Shown here: piece after piece, positions 1 to 10,900 of the stretch
How the letters are laid out: every line of letters starts with the position of its first letter
How positions within the stretch are numbered: position 1 is the stretch's first letter
Position numbers and translations under genes: made by a program
Origin: the human T2T-CHM13v2.0 reference genome, Homo sapiens
NCBI RefSeq assembly: GCF_009914755.1
Contig: NC_060942.1
DNA length: 64,000 nucleotides
Direction: 5' to 3' (one strand)
The notes under the pieces: generated by a model
Told to the model about the DNA's origin: nothing
Seen by the model: the letters and a program-made list of their open reading frames with translations, nothing else
Database searches by the model: none

Positions 1-191
1 CATTTGGAGCGCTTTCAGGCCCATGTTGGAAAGGGAAATATCTTCCCGTAACAACTAGGCAGAAGCATTCTCAGAAACTTATTTGAGATGTGTGTACTCA
101 ACTAAGAGAATTGAACCACCGTTTTGAAGGAGCAGTTTTGAAACACTCTTTTTCTGGAATCTGCAAGAGTATATTTGCCTAGCCTTGAGGA

Positions 192-208
192 TTTCGTTGG
201 AAACGGGA
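192..208 (+). promoter_or_regulatory. CENP-B box in M1 (repeats in each unit containing M1)
   Basis: TTTCGTTGGAAACGGGA matches the core NTTCGNNNNANNCGGGN. Confidence 0.95.
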
Positions 209-533
209 TTGTCTTCAGAGAAAATCTAGACAGAAGCATTCTCAGAAACCTCTTTGGGATGTTTGCATTCAAGTCACAGAGTAGAACATTCCCTTTGGTA
301 GAGCAGGTTTGAAACACTCTTTTTTTAGTATATGGAAGTGGACATTTGGAGCGCTTTCAGGCCTACGTTGGAAAAGGAAATATCTTCCCATAACAACTAG
401 ACAGAAGCATTCTCAGAAACTAGTTTCTGATGTGTGTCCTCAACTAACACAGTTGAACTTTTCTTTAGACAGAACAGTTTTGAAACACTCTTTTTGTGGA
501 ATCTGCAAGTGGCTATTTGGCTAGATTTGAGGA

Positions 534-550
534 TTTCGTTGGAAACGGGA
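534..550 (+). promoter_or_regulatory. CENP-B box in M3
   Basis: TTTCGTTGGAAACGGGA. Confidence 0.95.
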
Positions 551-700
551 TTACATATAAAAAGCAGACAGCAGCATTCTCAGAAAGTTCTTTGTGATGA
601 TTGCATTCAAGTCACAGAATTGAACATTCCCTTTCACAGAGCAGGTTTGAAACACTCTTTTTGTAGTGTGTGTAAGTGGACATTTGGAGCACTTACCGGC

Positions 701-717
701 CTAAGGTGAAAAAGGAA
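701..717 (-). promoter_or_regulatory. pJalpha-like box of A-type monomer M4 (same sequence in M8 at 1376-1392; more diverged in M2, M6, M10, M12)
   Basis: The reverse complement TTCCTTTTTCACCTTAG has one mismatch to the pJalpha motif TTCCTTTTYCACCRTAG. It lies at the position the CENP-B box occupies in B monomers. Confidence 0.75.
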
Positions 718-871
718 ATATCTTCCCATAAAAACTAGACAGAAGCATTCTCAGAAACTTACTCGTGATGTGTGTCCTCAACTAAAGGAGTAGAACCTTT
801 CTTTTCATAGAGAAGTTTTGAAACGCTCTTTTTGTGTAATCTGCAAGTGGATATTTGGCTAGTTTTGAGGA

Positions 872-888
872 TTTCGTTGGAAGCGGGA
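872..888 (+). promoter_or_regulatory. CENP-B box in M5
   Basis: TTTCGTTGGAAGCGGGA; overlaps the EcoRI site at 887. Confidence 0.95.
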
Positions 889-1209
889 ATTCATACAAAT
901 TGCAGACTGCAGCGTTCTGAGAAACATCTTTGTGATGTTTGTATTCAGGACACAGAGTTGAACATTCCCTATCATAGAGCAGGTTGGAATCACTCCTTTT
1001 GTAGTATCTGGAAGTGGACATTTGGAGTGCTTTCAGGCCTATGTTGGAAAAGGAAATATCTTCCCATAACAACTAGACAGAAGCATTCTCAGAAACTTAT
1101 TTGAGATGTGTGTACTCAACTAAGAGAATTGAACCACCGTTTTGAAGGAGCAGTTTTGAAACACTCTTTTTCTGGAATCTGCAAGTGGATATTTGGCTAG
1201 CTTTGGGGA

Positions 1210-1226
1210 TTTCGCTGGAAGCGGGA
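1210..1226 (+). promoter_or_regulatory. CENP-B box in M7 (non-core variant)
   Basis: TTTCGCTGGAAGCGGGA; the nine core positions are intact. Confidence 0.88.
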
Positions 1227-1546
1227 ATACATATAAAAAGCACACAGCAGCGTTCTGAGAAACTGCTTTCTGATGTTTGCATTCAAGTCAAAAGTTGAAC
1301 ACTCCCTTTCATAGAGCAGTCTTGAAACACCCCTTTTGTAGTATCTGGAACTGGACTTTTGGAGCGATTTCAGGGCTAAGGTGAAAAAGGAAATATCTTC
1401 CCATAAAAACTGGACAGAAGCATTCTCAGAAACTTGGTTATGCTGTATCTACTCAACTAACAAAGTTGAACCTTTCTTTTGATAGAGCAGTTTTGAAATG
1501 GTCTTTTTGTGGAATCTGCAAGTGGATATTTGGCTAGTTTTGAGGA

Positions 1547-1563
1547 TTTCGTTGGAAGCGGGA
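1547..1563 (+). promoter_or_regulatory. CENP-B box in M9
   Basis: TTTCGTTGGAAGCGGGA; overlaps the EcoRI site at 1562. Confidence 0.95.
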
Positions 1564-1884
1564 ATTCATACAAATTGCAGACTGCAGCGTTCTGAGAAAC
1601 ATCTTTGTGATGTTTGTATTCAGGACACAGAGTTGAACATTCCCTATCATAGAGCAGGTTGGAATCACTCCTTTTGTAGTATCTGGAAGTGGACATTTGG
1701 AGCGCTTTCAGGCCTATTTTGGAAAGGGAAATATCTTCCCGTAACAACTATGCAGAAGCATTCTCAGAAACTTGTTTGTGATGTGTGCCCTCTACTGACA
1801 GAGTTGAACCTTTCTTTTCATAGAGCAGTTTTGAAACACTCTTTTTGTAGAATCTGCAAGAGGATATTTGCATAGCTTTGAGGA

Positions 1885-1901
1885 TTTCGTGGGAAACGGG
1901 A
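1885..1901 (+). promoter_or_regulatory. CENP-B box in M11 (non-core variant)
   Basis: TTTCGTGGGAAACGGGA; the nine core positions are intact. Confidence 0.88.
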
Positions 1902-4900
1902 TTGTCTTCAGGTAAAATCTAGACAGAAGCATTCTCAGAAACTTCTTTGGGATGTTTGCATTCAAGTCACAGAGTAGAACATTCCCTTTGGTAGAGCAGG
2001 TTTGAAACACTCTTTTTGTAGTATCTGGAAGTGGACATTTGGAGCGCTTTCAGGCCCATGTTGGAAAGGGAAATATCTTCCCGTAACAACTAGGCAGAAG
2101 CATTCTCAGAAACTTATTTGAGATGTGTGTACTCAACTAAGAGAATTGAACCACCGTTTTGAAGGAGCAGTTTTGAAACACTCTTTTTCTGGAATCTGCA
2201 AGAGTATATTTGCCTAGCCTTGAGGATTTCGTTGGAAACGGGATTGTCTTCAGAGAAAATCTAGACAGAAGCATTCTCAGAAACCTCTTTGGGATGTTTG
2301 CATTCAAGTCACAGAGTAGAACATTCCCTTTGGTAGAGCAGGTTTGAAACACTCTTTTTTTAGTATATGGAAGTGGACATTTGGAGCGCTTTCAGGCCTA
2401 CGTTGGAAAAGGAAATATCTTCCCATAACAACTAGACAGAAGCATTCTCAGAAACTAGTTTCTGATGTGTGTCCTCAACTAACACAGTTGAACTTTTCTT
2501 TAGACAGAACAGTTTTGAAACACTCTTTTTGTGGAATCTGCAAGTGGCTATTTGGCTAGATTTGAGGATTTCGTTGGAAACGGGATTACATATAAAAAGC
2601 AGACAGCAGCATTCTCAGAAAGTTCTTTGTGATGATTGCATTCAAGTCACAGAATTGAACATTCCCTTTCACAGAGCAGGTTTGAAACACTCTTTTTGTA
2701 GTGTGTGTAAGTGGACATTTGGAGCACTTACCGGCCTAAGGTGAAAAAGGAAATATCTTCCCATAAAAACTAGACAGAAGCATTCTCAGAAACTTACTCG
2801 TGATGTGTGTCCTCAACTAAAGGAGTAGAACCTTTCTTTTCATAGAGAAGTTTTGAAACGCTCTTTTTGTGGAATCTGCAAGTGGATATTTGGCTAGTTT
2901 TGAGGATTTCGTTGGAAGCGGGAATTCATACAAATTGCAGACTGCAGCGTTCTGAGAAACATCTTTGTGATGTTTGTATTCAGGACACAGAGTTGAACAT
3001 TCCCTATCATAGAGCAGGTTTGAATCACTCCTTTTGTAGTATCTGGAAGTGGACATTTGGAGCGCTTTCAGGCCTATGTTGGAAAAGGAAATATCTTCCC
3101 ATAACAACTAGACAGAAGCATTCTCAGAAACTTATTTGAGATGTGTGTACTCAACTAAGAGAATTGAACCACCGTTTTGAAGGAGCAGTTTTGAAACTCT
3201 CTTTTTCTGGAATCTGCAAGTGGATATTTGGCTAGCTTTGGGGATTTCGCTGGAAGCGGGAATACATATAAAAAGCACACAGCAGCGTTCTGAGAAACTG
3301 CTTTCTGATGTTTGCATTCAAGTCAAAAGTTGAACACTCCCTTTCATAGAGCAGTCTTGAAACACCCCTTTTGTAGTATCTGGAACTGGACTTTTGGAGC
3401 GATTTCAGGGCTAAGGTGAAAAAGGAAATATCTTCCCATAAAAACTGGACAGAAGCATTCTCAGAAACTTGGTTATGCTGTATCTACTCAACTAACAAAG
3501 TTGAACCTTTCTTTTGATAGAGCAGTTTTGAAATGGTCTTTTTGTGGAATCTGCAAGTGGATATTTGGCTAGTTTTGAGGATTTCGTTGGAAGCGGGAAT
3601 TCATACAAATTGCAGACTGCAGCGTTCTGAGAAACATCTTTGTGATGTTTGTATTCAGGACACAGAGTTGAACATTCCCTATCATAGAGCAGGTTGGAAT
3701 CACTCCTTTTGTAGTATCTGGAAGTGGACATTTGGAGCGCTTTCAGGCCTATTTTGGAAAGGGAAATATCTTCCCGTAACAACTATGCAGAAGCATTCTC
3801 AGAAACTTGTTTGTGATGTGTGCCCTCTACTGACAGAGTTGAACCTTTCTTTTCATAGAGCAGTTTTGAAGCACTCTTTTTGTAGAATCTGCAAGAGGAT
3901 ATTTGCATAGCTTTGAGGATTTCGTGGGAAACGGGATTGTCTTCAGGTAAAATCTAGACAGAAGCATTCTCAGAAACTTCTTTGGGATGTTTGCATTCAA
4001 GTCACAGAGTAGAACATTCCCTTTGGTAGAGCAGGTTTGAAACACTCTTTTTGTAGTATCTGGAAGTGGACATTTGGAGCGCTTTCAGGCCCATGTTGGA
4101 AAGGGAAATATCTTCCCGTAACAACTAGGCAGAAGCATTCTCAGAAACTTATTTGAGATGTGTGTACTCAACTAAGAGAATTGAACCACCGTTTTGAAGG
4201 AGCAGTTTTGAAACACTCTTTTTCTGGAATCTGCAAGAGTATATTTGCCTAGCCTTGAGGATTTCGTTGGAAACGGGATTGTCTTCAGAGAAAATCTAGA
4301 CAGAAGCATTCTCAGAAACCTCTTTGGGATGTTTGCATTCAAGTCACAGAGTAGAACATTCCCTTTGGTAGAGCAGGTTTGAAACACTCTTTTTTTAGTA
4401 TATGGAAGTGGACATTTGGAGCGCTTTCAGGCCTACGTTGGAAAAGGAAATATCTTCCCATAACAACTAGACAGAAGCATTCTCAGAAACTAGTTTCTGA
4501 TGTGTGTCCTCAACTAACACAGTTGAACTTTTCTTTAGACAGAACAGTTTTGAAACACTCTTTTTGTGGAATCTGCAAGTGGCTATTTGGCTAGATTTGA
4601 GGATTTCGTTGGAAACGGGATTACATATAAAAAGCAGACAGCAGCATTCTCAGAAAGTTCTTTGTGATGATTGCATTCAAGTCACAGAATTGAACATTCC
4701 CTTTCACAGAGCAGGTTTGAAACACTCTTTTTGTAGTGTGTGTAAGTGGACATTTGGAGCACTTACCGGCCTAAGGTGAAAAAGGAAATATCTTCCCATA
4801 AAAACTAGACAGAAGCATTCTCAGAAACTTACTCGTGATGTGTGTCCTCAACTAAAGGAGTAGAACCTTTCTTTTCATAGAGAAGTTTTGAAACGCTCTT

Positions 4901-7900
4901 TTTGTGGAATCTGCAAGTGGATATTTGGCTAGTTTTGAGGATTTCGTTGGAAGCGGGAATTCATACAAATTGCAGACTGCAGCGTTCTGAGAAACATCTT
5001 TGTGATGTTTGTATTCAGGACACAGAGTTGAACATTCCCTATCATAGAGCAGGTTGGAATCACTCCTTTTGTAGTATCTGGAAGTGGACATTTGGAGCGC
5101 TTTCAGGCCTATGTTGGAAAAGGAAATATCTTCCCATAACAACTAGACAGAAGCATTCTCAGAAACTTATTTGAGATGTGTGTACTCAACTAAGAGAATT
5201 GAACCACCGTTTTGAAGGAGCAGTTTTGAAACACTCTTTTTCTGGAATCTGCAAGTGGATATTTGGCTAGCTTTGGGGATTTCGCTGGAAGCGGGAATAC
5301 ATATAAAAAGCACACAGCAGCGTTCTGAGAAACTGCTTTCTGATGTTTGCATTCAAGTCAAAAGTTGAACACTCCCTTTCATAGAGCAGTCTTGAAACAC
5401 CCCTTTTGTAGTATCTGGAACTGGACTTTTGGAGCGATTTCAGGGCTAAGGTGAAAAAGGAAATATCTTACCATAAAAACTGGACAGAAGCATTCTCAGA
5501 AACTTGGTTATGCTGTATCTACTCAACTAACAAAGTTGAACCTTTCTTTTGATAGAGCAGTTTTGAAATGGTCTTTTTGTGGAATCTGCAAGTGGATATT
5601 TGGCTAGTTTTGAGGATTTCGTTGGAAGCGGGAATTCATACAAATTGCAGACTGCAGCGTTCTGAGAAACATCTTTGTGATGTTTGTATTCAGGACACAG
5701 AGTTGAACATTCCCTATCATAGAGCAGGTTGGAATCACTCCTTTTGTAGTATCTGGAAGTGGACATTTGGAGCGCTTTCAGGCCTATTTTGGAAAGGGAA
5801 ATACCTTCCCGTAACAACTATGCAGAAGCATTCTCAGAAACTTGTTTGTGATGTGTGCCCTCTACTGACAGAGTTGAACCTTTCTTTTCATAGAGCAGTT
5901 TTGAAACACTCTTTTTGTAGAATCTGCAAGAGGATATTTGCATAGCTTTGAGGATTTCGTGGGAAACGGGATTGTCTTCAGGTAAAATCTAGACAGAAGC
6001 ATTCTCAGAAACTTCTTTAGGATGTTTGCATTCAAGTCACAGAGTAGAACATTCCCTTTGGTAGAGCAGGTTTGAAACACTCTTTTTGTAGTATCTGGAA
6101 GTGGACATTTGGAGCGCTTTCAGGCCCATGTTGGAAAGGGAAATATCTTCCCGTAACAACTAGGCAGAAGCATTCTCAGAAACTTATTTGAGATGTGTGT
6201 ACTCAACTAAGAGAATTGAACCACCGTTTTGAAGGAGCAGTTTTGAAACACTCTTTTTCTGGAATCTGCAAGAGTATATTTGCCTAGCCTTGAGGATTTC
6301 GTTGGAAACGGGATTGTCTTCAGAGAAAATCTAGACAGAAGCATTCTCAGAAACTTCTTTGGGATGTTTGCATTCAAGTCACAGAGTAGAACATTCCCTT
6401 TGGTAGAGCAGGTTTGAAACAGTCTTTTTTTAGTATATGGAAGTGGACATTTGGAGCGCTTTCAGGCCTACGTTGGAAAAGGAAATATCTTCCCATAACA
6501 ACTAGACAGAAGCATTCTCAGAAACTAGTTTCTGATGTGTGTCCTCAACTAACACAGTTGAACATTTCTTTAGACAGAACAGTTTTGAAACACTCTTTTT
6601 GTGGAATCTGCAAGTGGCTATTTGGCTAGATTTGAGGATTTCGTTGGAAACGGGATTACATATAAAAAGCAGTCAGCAGCATTCTCAGAAAGTTCTTTGT
6701 GATGATTGCATTCAAGTCACAGAATTGAACATTCCCTTTCACAGAGCAGGTTTGAAACACTCTTTTTGTAGTGTGTGTAAGTGGACATTTGGAGCACTTA
6801 CCGGCCTAAGGTGAAAAAGGAAATATCTTCCCATAAAAACTAGACAGAAGCATTCTCAGAAACTTACTCGTGATGTGTGTCCTCAACTAAAGGAGTAGAA
6901 CCTTTCTTTTCATAGAGAAGTTTTGAAACGCTCTTTTTGTGGAATCTGCAAGTGGATATTTGGCTAGTTTTGAGGATTTCGTTGGAAGCGGGAATTCATA
7001 CAAATTGCAGACTGCAGCGTTCTGAGAAACATCTTTGTGATGTTTGTATTCAGGACACAGAGTTGAACATTCCCTATCATAGAGCAGGTTTGAATCACTC
7101 CTTTTGTAGTATCTGGAAGTGGACATTTGGAGCGCTTTCAGGCCTATGTTGGAAAAGGAAATATCTTCCCATAACAACTAGACAGAAGCATTCTCAGAAA
7201 CTTATTTGAGATGTGTGTACTCAACTAAGAGAATTGAACCACCGTTTTGAAGGAGCAGTTTTGAAACTCTCTTTTTCTGGAATCTGCAAGTGGATATTTG
7301 GCTAGCTTTGGGGATTTCGCTGGAAGCGGGAATACATATAAAAAGCACACAGCAGCGTTCTGAGAAACTGCTTTCTGATGTTTGCATTCAAGTCAAAAGT
7401 TGAACACTCCCTTTCATAGAGCAGTCTTGAAACACCCCTTTTGTAGTATCTGGAACTGGACTTTTGGAGCGATTTCAGGGCTAAGGTGAAAAAGGAAATA
7501 TCTTCCCATAAAAACTGGACAGAAGCATTCTCAGAAACTTGGTTATGCTGTATCTACTCAACTAACAAAGTTGAACCTTTCTTTTGATAGAGCAGTTTTG
7601 AAATGGTCTTTTTGTGGAATCTGCAAGTGGATATTTGGCTAGTTTTGAGGATTTCGTTGGAAGCGGGAATTCATACAAATTGCAGACTGCAGCGTTCTGA
7701 GAAACATCTTTGTGATGTTTGTATTCAGGACACAGAGTTGAACATTCCCTATCATAGAGCAGGTTGGAATCACTCCTTTTGTAGTATCTGGAAGTGGACA
7801 TTTGGAGCGCTTTCAGGCCTATTTTGGAAAGGGAAATATCTTCCCGTAACAACTATGCAGAAGCATTCTCAGAAACTTGTTTGTGATGTGTGCCCTCTAC

Positions 7901-10900
7901 TGACAGAGTTGAACCTTTCTTTTCATAGAGCAGTTTTGAAGCACTCTTTTTGTAGAATCTGCAAGAGGATATTTGCATAGCTTTGAGGATTTCGTGGGAA
8001 ACGGGATTGTCTTCAGGTAAAATCTAGACAGAAGCATTCTCAGAAACTTCTTTGGGATGTTTGCATTCAAGTCACAGAGTAGAACATTCCCTTTGGTAGA
8101 GCAGGTTTGAAACACTCTTTTTGTAGTATCTGGAAGTGGACATTTGGAGCGCTTTCAGGCCCATGTTGGAAAGGGAAATATCTTCCCGTAACAACTAGGC
8201 AGAAGCATTCTCAGAAACTTATTTGAGATGTGTGTACTCAACTAAGAGAATTGAACCACCGTTTTGAAGGAGCAGTTTTGAAACACTCTTTTTCTGGAAT
8301 CTGCAAGAGTATATTTGCCTAGCCTTGAGGATTTCGTTGGAAACGGGATTGTCTTCAGAGAAAATCTAGACAGAAGCATTCTCAGAAACTTCTTTGGGAT
8401 GTTTGCATTCAAGTCACAGAGTAGAACATTCCCTTTGGTAGAGCAGGTTTGAAACAGTCTTTTTTTAGTATATGGAAGTGGACATTTGGAGCGCTTTCAG
8501 ACCTACGTTGGAAAAGGAAATATCTTCCCACAACAACTAGACAGAAGCATTCTCAGAAACTAGTTTCTGATGTGTGTCCTCAACTAACACAGTTGAACAT
8601 TTCTTTAGACAGAACAGTTTTGAAACACTCTTTTTGTGGAATCTGCAAGTGGCTATTTGGCTAGATTTGAGGATTTCGTTGGAAACGGGATTACATATAA
8701 AAAGCAGTCAGCAGCATTCTCAGAAAGTTCTTTGTGATGATTGCATTCAAGTCACAGAATTGAACATTCCCTTTCACAGAGCAGGTTTGAAACACTCTTT
8801 TTGTAGTGTGTGTAAGTGGACATTTGGAGCACTTTCCGGCCTAAGGTGAAAAAGGAAATATCTTCCCATAAAAACTAGACAGAAGCATTCTCAGAAACTT
8901 ACTCGTGATGTGTGTCCTCAACTAAAGGAGTAGAACCTTTCTTTTCATAGAGAAGTTTTGAAACGCTCTTTTTGTGGAATCTGCAAGTGGATATTTGGCT
9001 AGTTTTGAGGATTTCGTTGGAAGCGGGAATTCATACAAATTGCAGACTGCAGCGTTCTGAGAAACATCTTTGTGATGTTTGTATTCAGGACACAGAGTTG
9101 AACATTCCCTATCATAGAGCAGGTTTGAATCACTCCTTTTGTAGTATCTGGAAGTGGACATTTGGAGCGCTTTCAGGCCTATGTTGGAAAAGGAAATATC
9201 TTCCCATAACAACTAGACAGAAGCATTCTCAGAAACTTATTTGAGATGTGTGTACTCAACTAAGAGAATTGAACCACCGTTTTGAAGGAGCAGTTTTGAA
9301 ACTCTCTTTTTCTGGAATCTGCAAGTGGATATTTGGCTAGCTTTGGGGATTTCGCTGGAAGCGGGAATACATATAAAAAGCACACAGCAGCGTTCTGAGA
9401 AACTGCTTTCTGATGTTTGCATTCAAGTCAAAAGTTGAACACTCCCTTTCATAGAGCAGTCTTGAAACACCCCTTTTGTAGTATCTGGAACTGGACTTTT
9501 GGAGCGATTTCAGGGCTAAGGTGAAAAAGGAAATATCTTCCCATAAAAACTGGACAGAAGCATTCTCAGAAACTTGTTTATGCTGTATCTACTCAACTAA
9601 CAAAGTTGAACCTTTCTTTTGATAGAGCAGTTTTGAAATGGTCTTTTTGTGGAATCTGCAAGTGGATATTTGGCTGGTTTTAAGGATTTCGTTGGAAGCG
9701 GGAATTCATACAAATTGCAGACTGCAGCGTTCTGAGAAACATCTTTGTGATGTTTGTATTCAGGACACAGAGTTGAACATTCCCTATCATAGAGCAGGTT
9801 GGAATCACTCCTTTTGTAGTATCTGGAAGTGGACATTTGGAGCGCTTTCAGGCCTATTTTGGAAAGGGAAATATCTTCCCGTAACAACTATGCAGAAGCA
9901 TTCTCAGAAACTTGTTTGTGATGTGTGCCCTCTACTGACAGAGTTGAACCTTTCTTTTCATAGAGCAGTTTTGAAACACTCTTTTTGTAGAATCTGCAAG
10001 AGGATATTTGCATAGCTTTGAGGATTTCGTGGGAAACGGGATTGTCTTCAGGTAAAATCTAGACAGAAGCATTCTCAGAAACTTCTTTGGGATGTTTGCA
10101 TTCAAGTCACAGAGTAGAACATTCCCTTTGGTAGAGCAGGTTTGAAACACTCTTTTTGTAGTGTCTGGAAGTGGACATTTGGAGCGCTTTCAGGCCCATG
10201 TTGGAAAGGGAAATATCTTCCCGTAACAACTAGGCAGAAGCATTCTCAGAAACTTATTTGAGATGTGTGTACTCAACTAAGAGAATTGAACCACCGTTTT
10301 GAAGGAGCAGTTTTGAAACACTCTTTTTCTGGAATCTGCAAGAGTATATTTGCCTAGCCTTGAGGATTTCGTTGGAAACGGGATTGTCTTCAGAGAAAAT
10401 CTAGACAGAAGCATTCTCAGAAACTTCTTTGGGATGTTTGCATTCAAGTCACAGAGTAGAACATTCCCTTTGGTAGAGCAGGTTTGAAACACTCTTTTTG
10501 TAGTATCTGGAAGTGGACATTTGGAGCGCTTTCAGGCCTACGTTGGAAAAGGAAATATCTTCCCATAACAACTAGACAGAAGCATTCTCAGAAACTAGTT
10601 TCTGATGTGTGTCCTCAACTAACACAGTTGAACATTTCTTTAGACAGAACAGTTTTGAAACACTCTTTTTGTGGAATCTGCAAGTGGCTATTTGGCTAGA
10701 TTTGAGGATTTCGTTGGAAACGGGATTACATATAAAAAGCAGTCAGCAGCATTCTCAGAAAGTTCTTTGTGATGATTGCATTCAAGTCACAGAATTGAAC
10801 ATTCCCTTTCACAGAGCAGGTTTGAAACACTCTTTTTGTAGTGTGTGTAAGTGGACATTTGGAGCACTTACCGGCCTAAGGTGAAAAAGGAAATATCTTC

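Larger units (their letters stand above)
61..2095 (+). repeat. Reference 12-monomer HOR unit (2035 bp)
   Basis: Monomer starts at 61, 232, 403, 570, 741, 908, 1079, 1246, 1416, 1583, 1754 and 1925. Lengths are 171, 171, 167, 171, 167, 171, 167, 170, 167, 171, 171 and 171, summing to 2035. EcoRI GAATTC sites at 887 and 1562 give spacings of 675 and 1360. Confidence 0.96.

Noticed and set aside
68-76. Short dyad TTCTCAGAA (STAT/GAS-like TTCNNNGAA) and AGCGCT palindromes in most monomers
   Set aside because: These are standard alphoid consensus features, too short to support a regulatory or cruciform claim from sequence alone.
556-563. TATAAAA TATA-like motif in M3 and M7
   Set aside because: It is part of the AT-rich monomer sequence in every HOR, with no other promoter evidence. 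Alpha-satellite transcription cannot be inferred from this.
61-2095. Assignment to DXZ1 (also a ~2.0-kb 12-mer)
   Set aside because: DXZ1 is a pentameric SF3 HOR of about 2057 bp. This unit is 2035 bp with strict A/B dimer alternation and 675/1360-bp EcoRI spacing.
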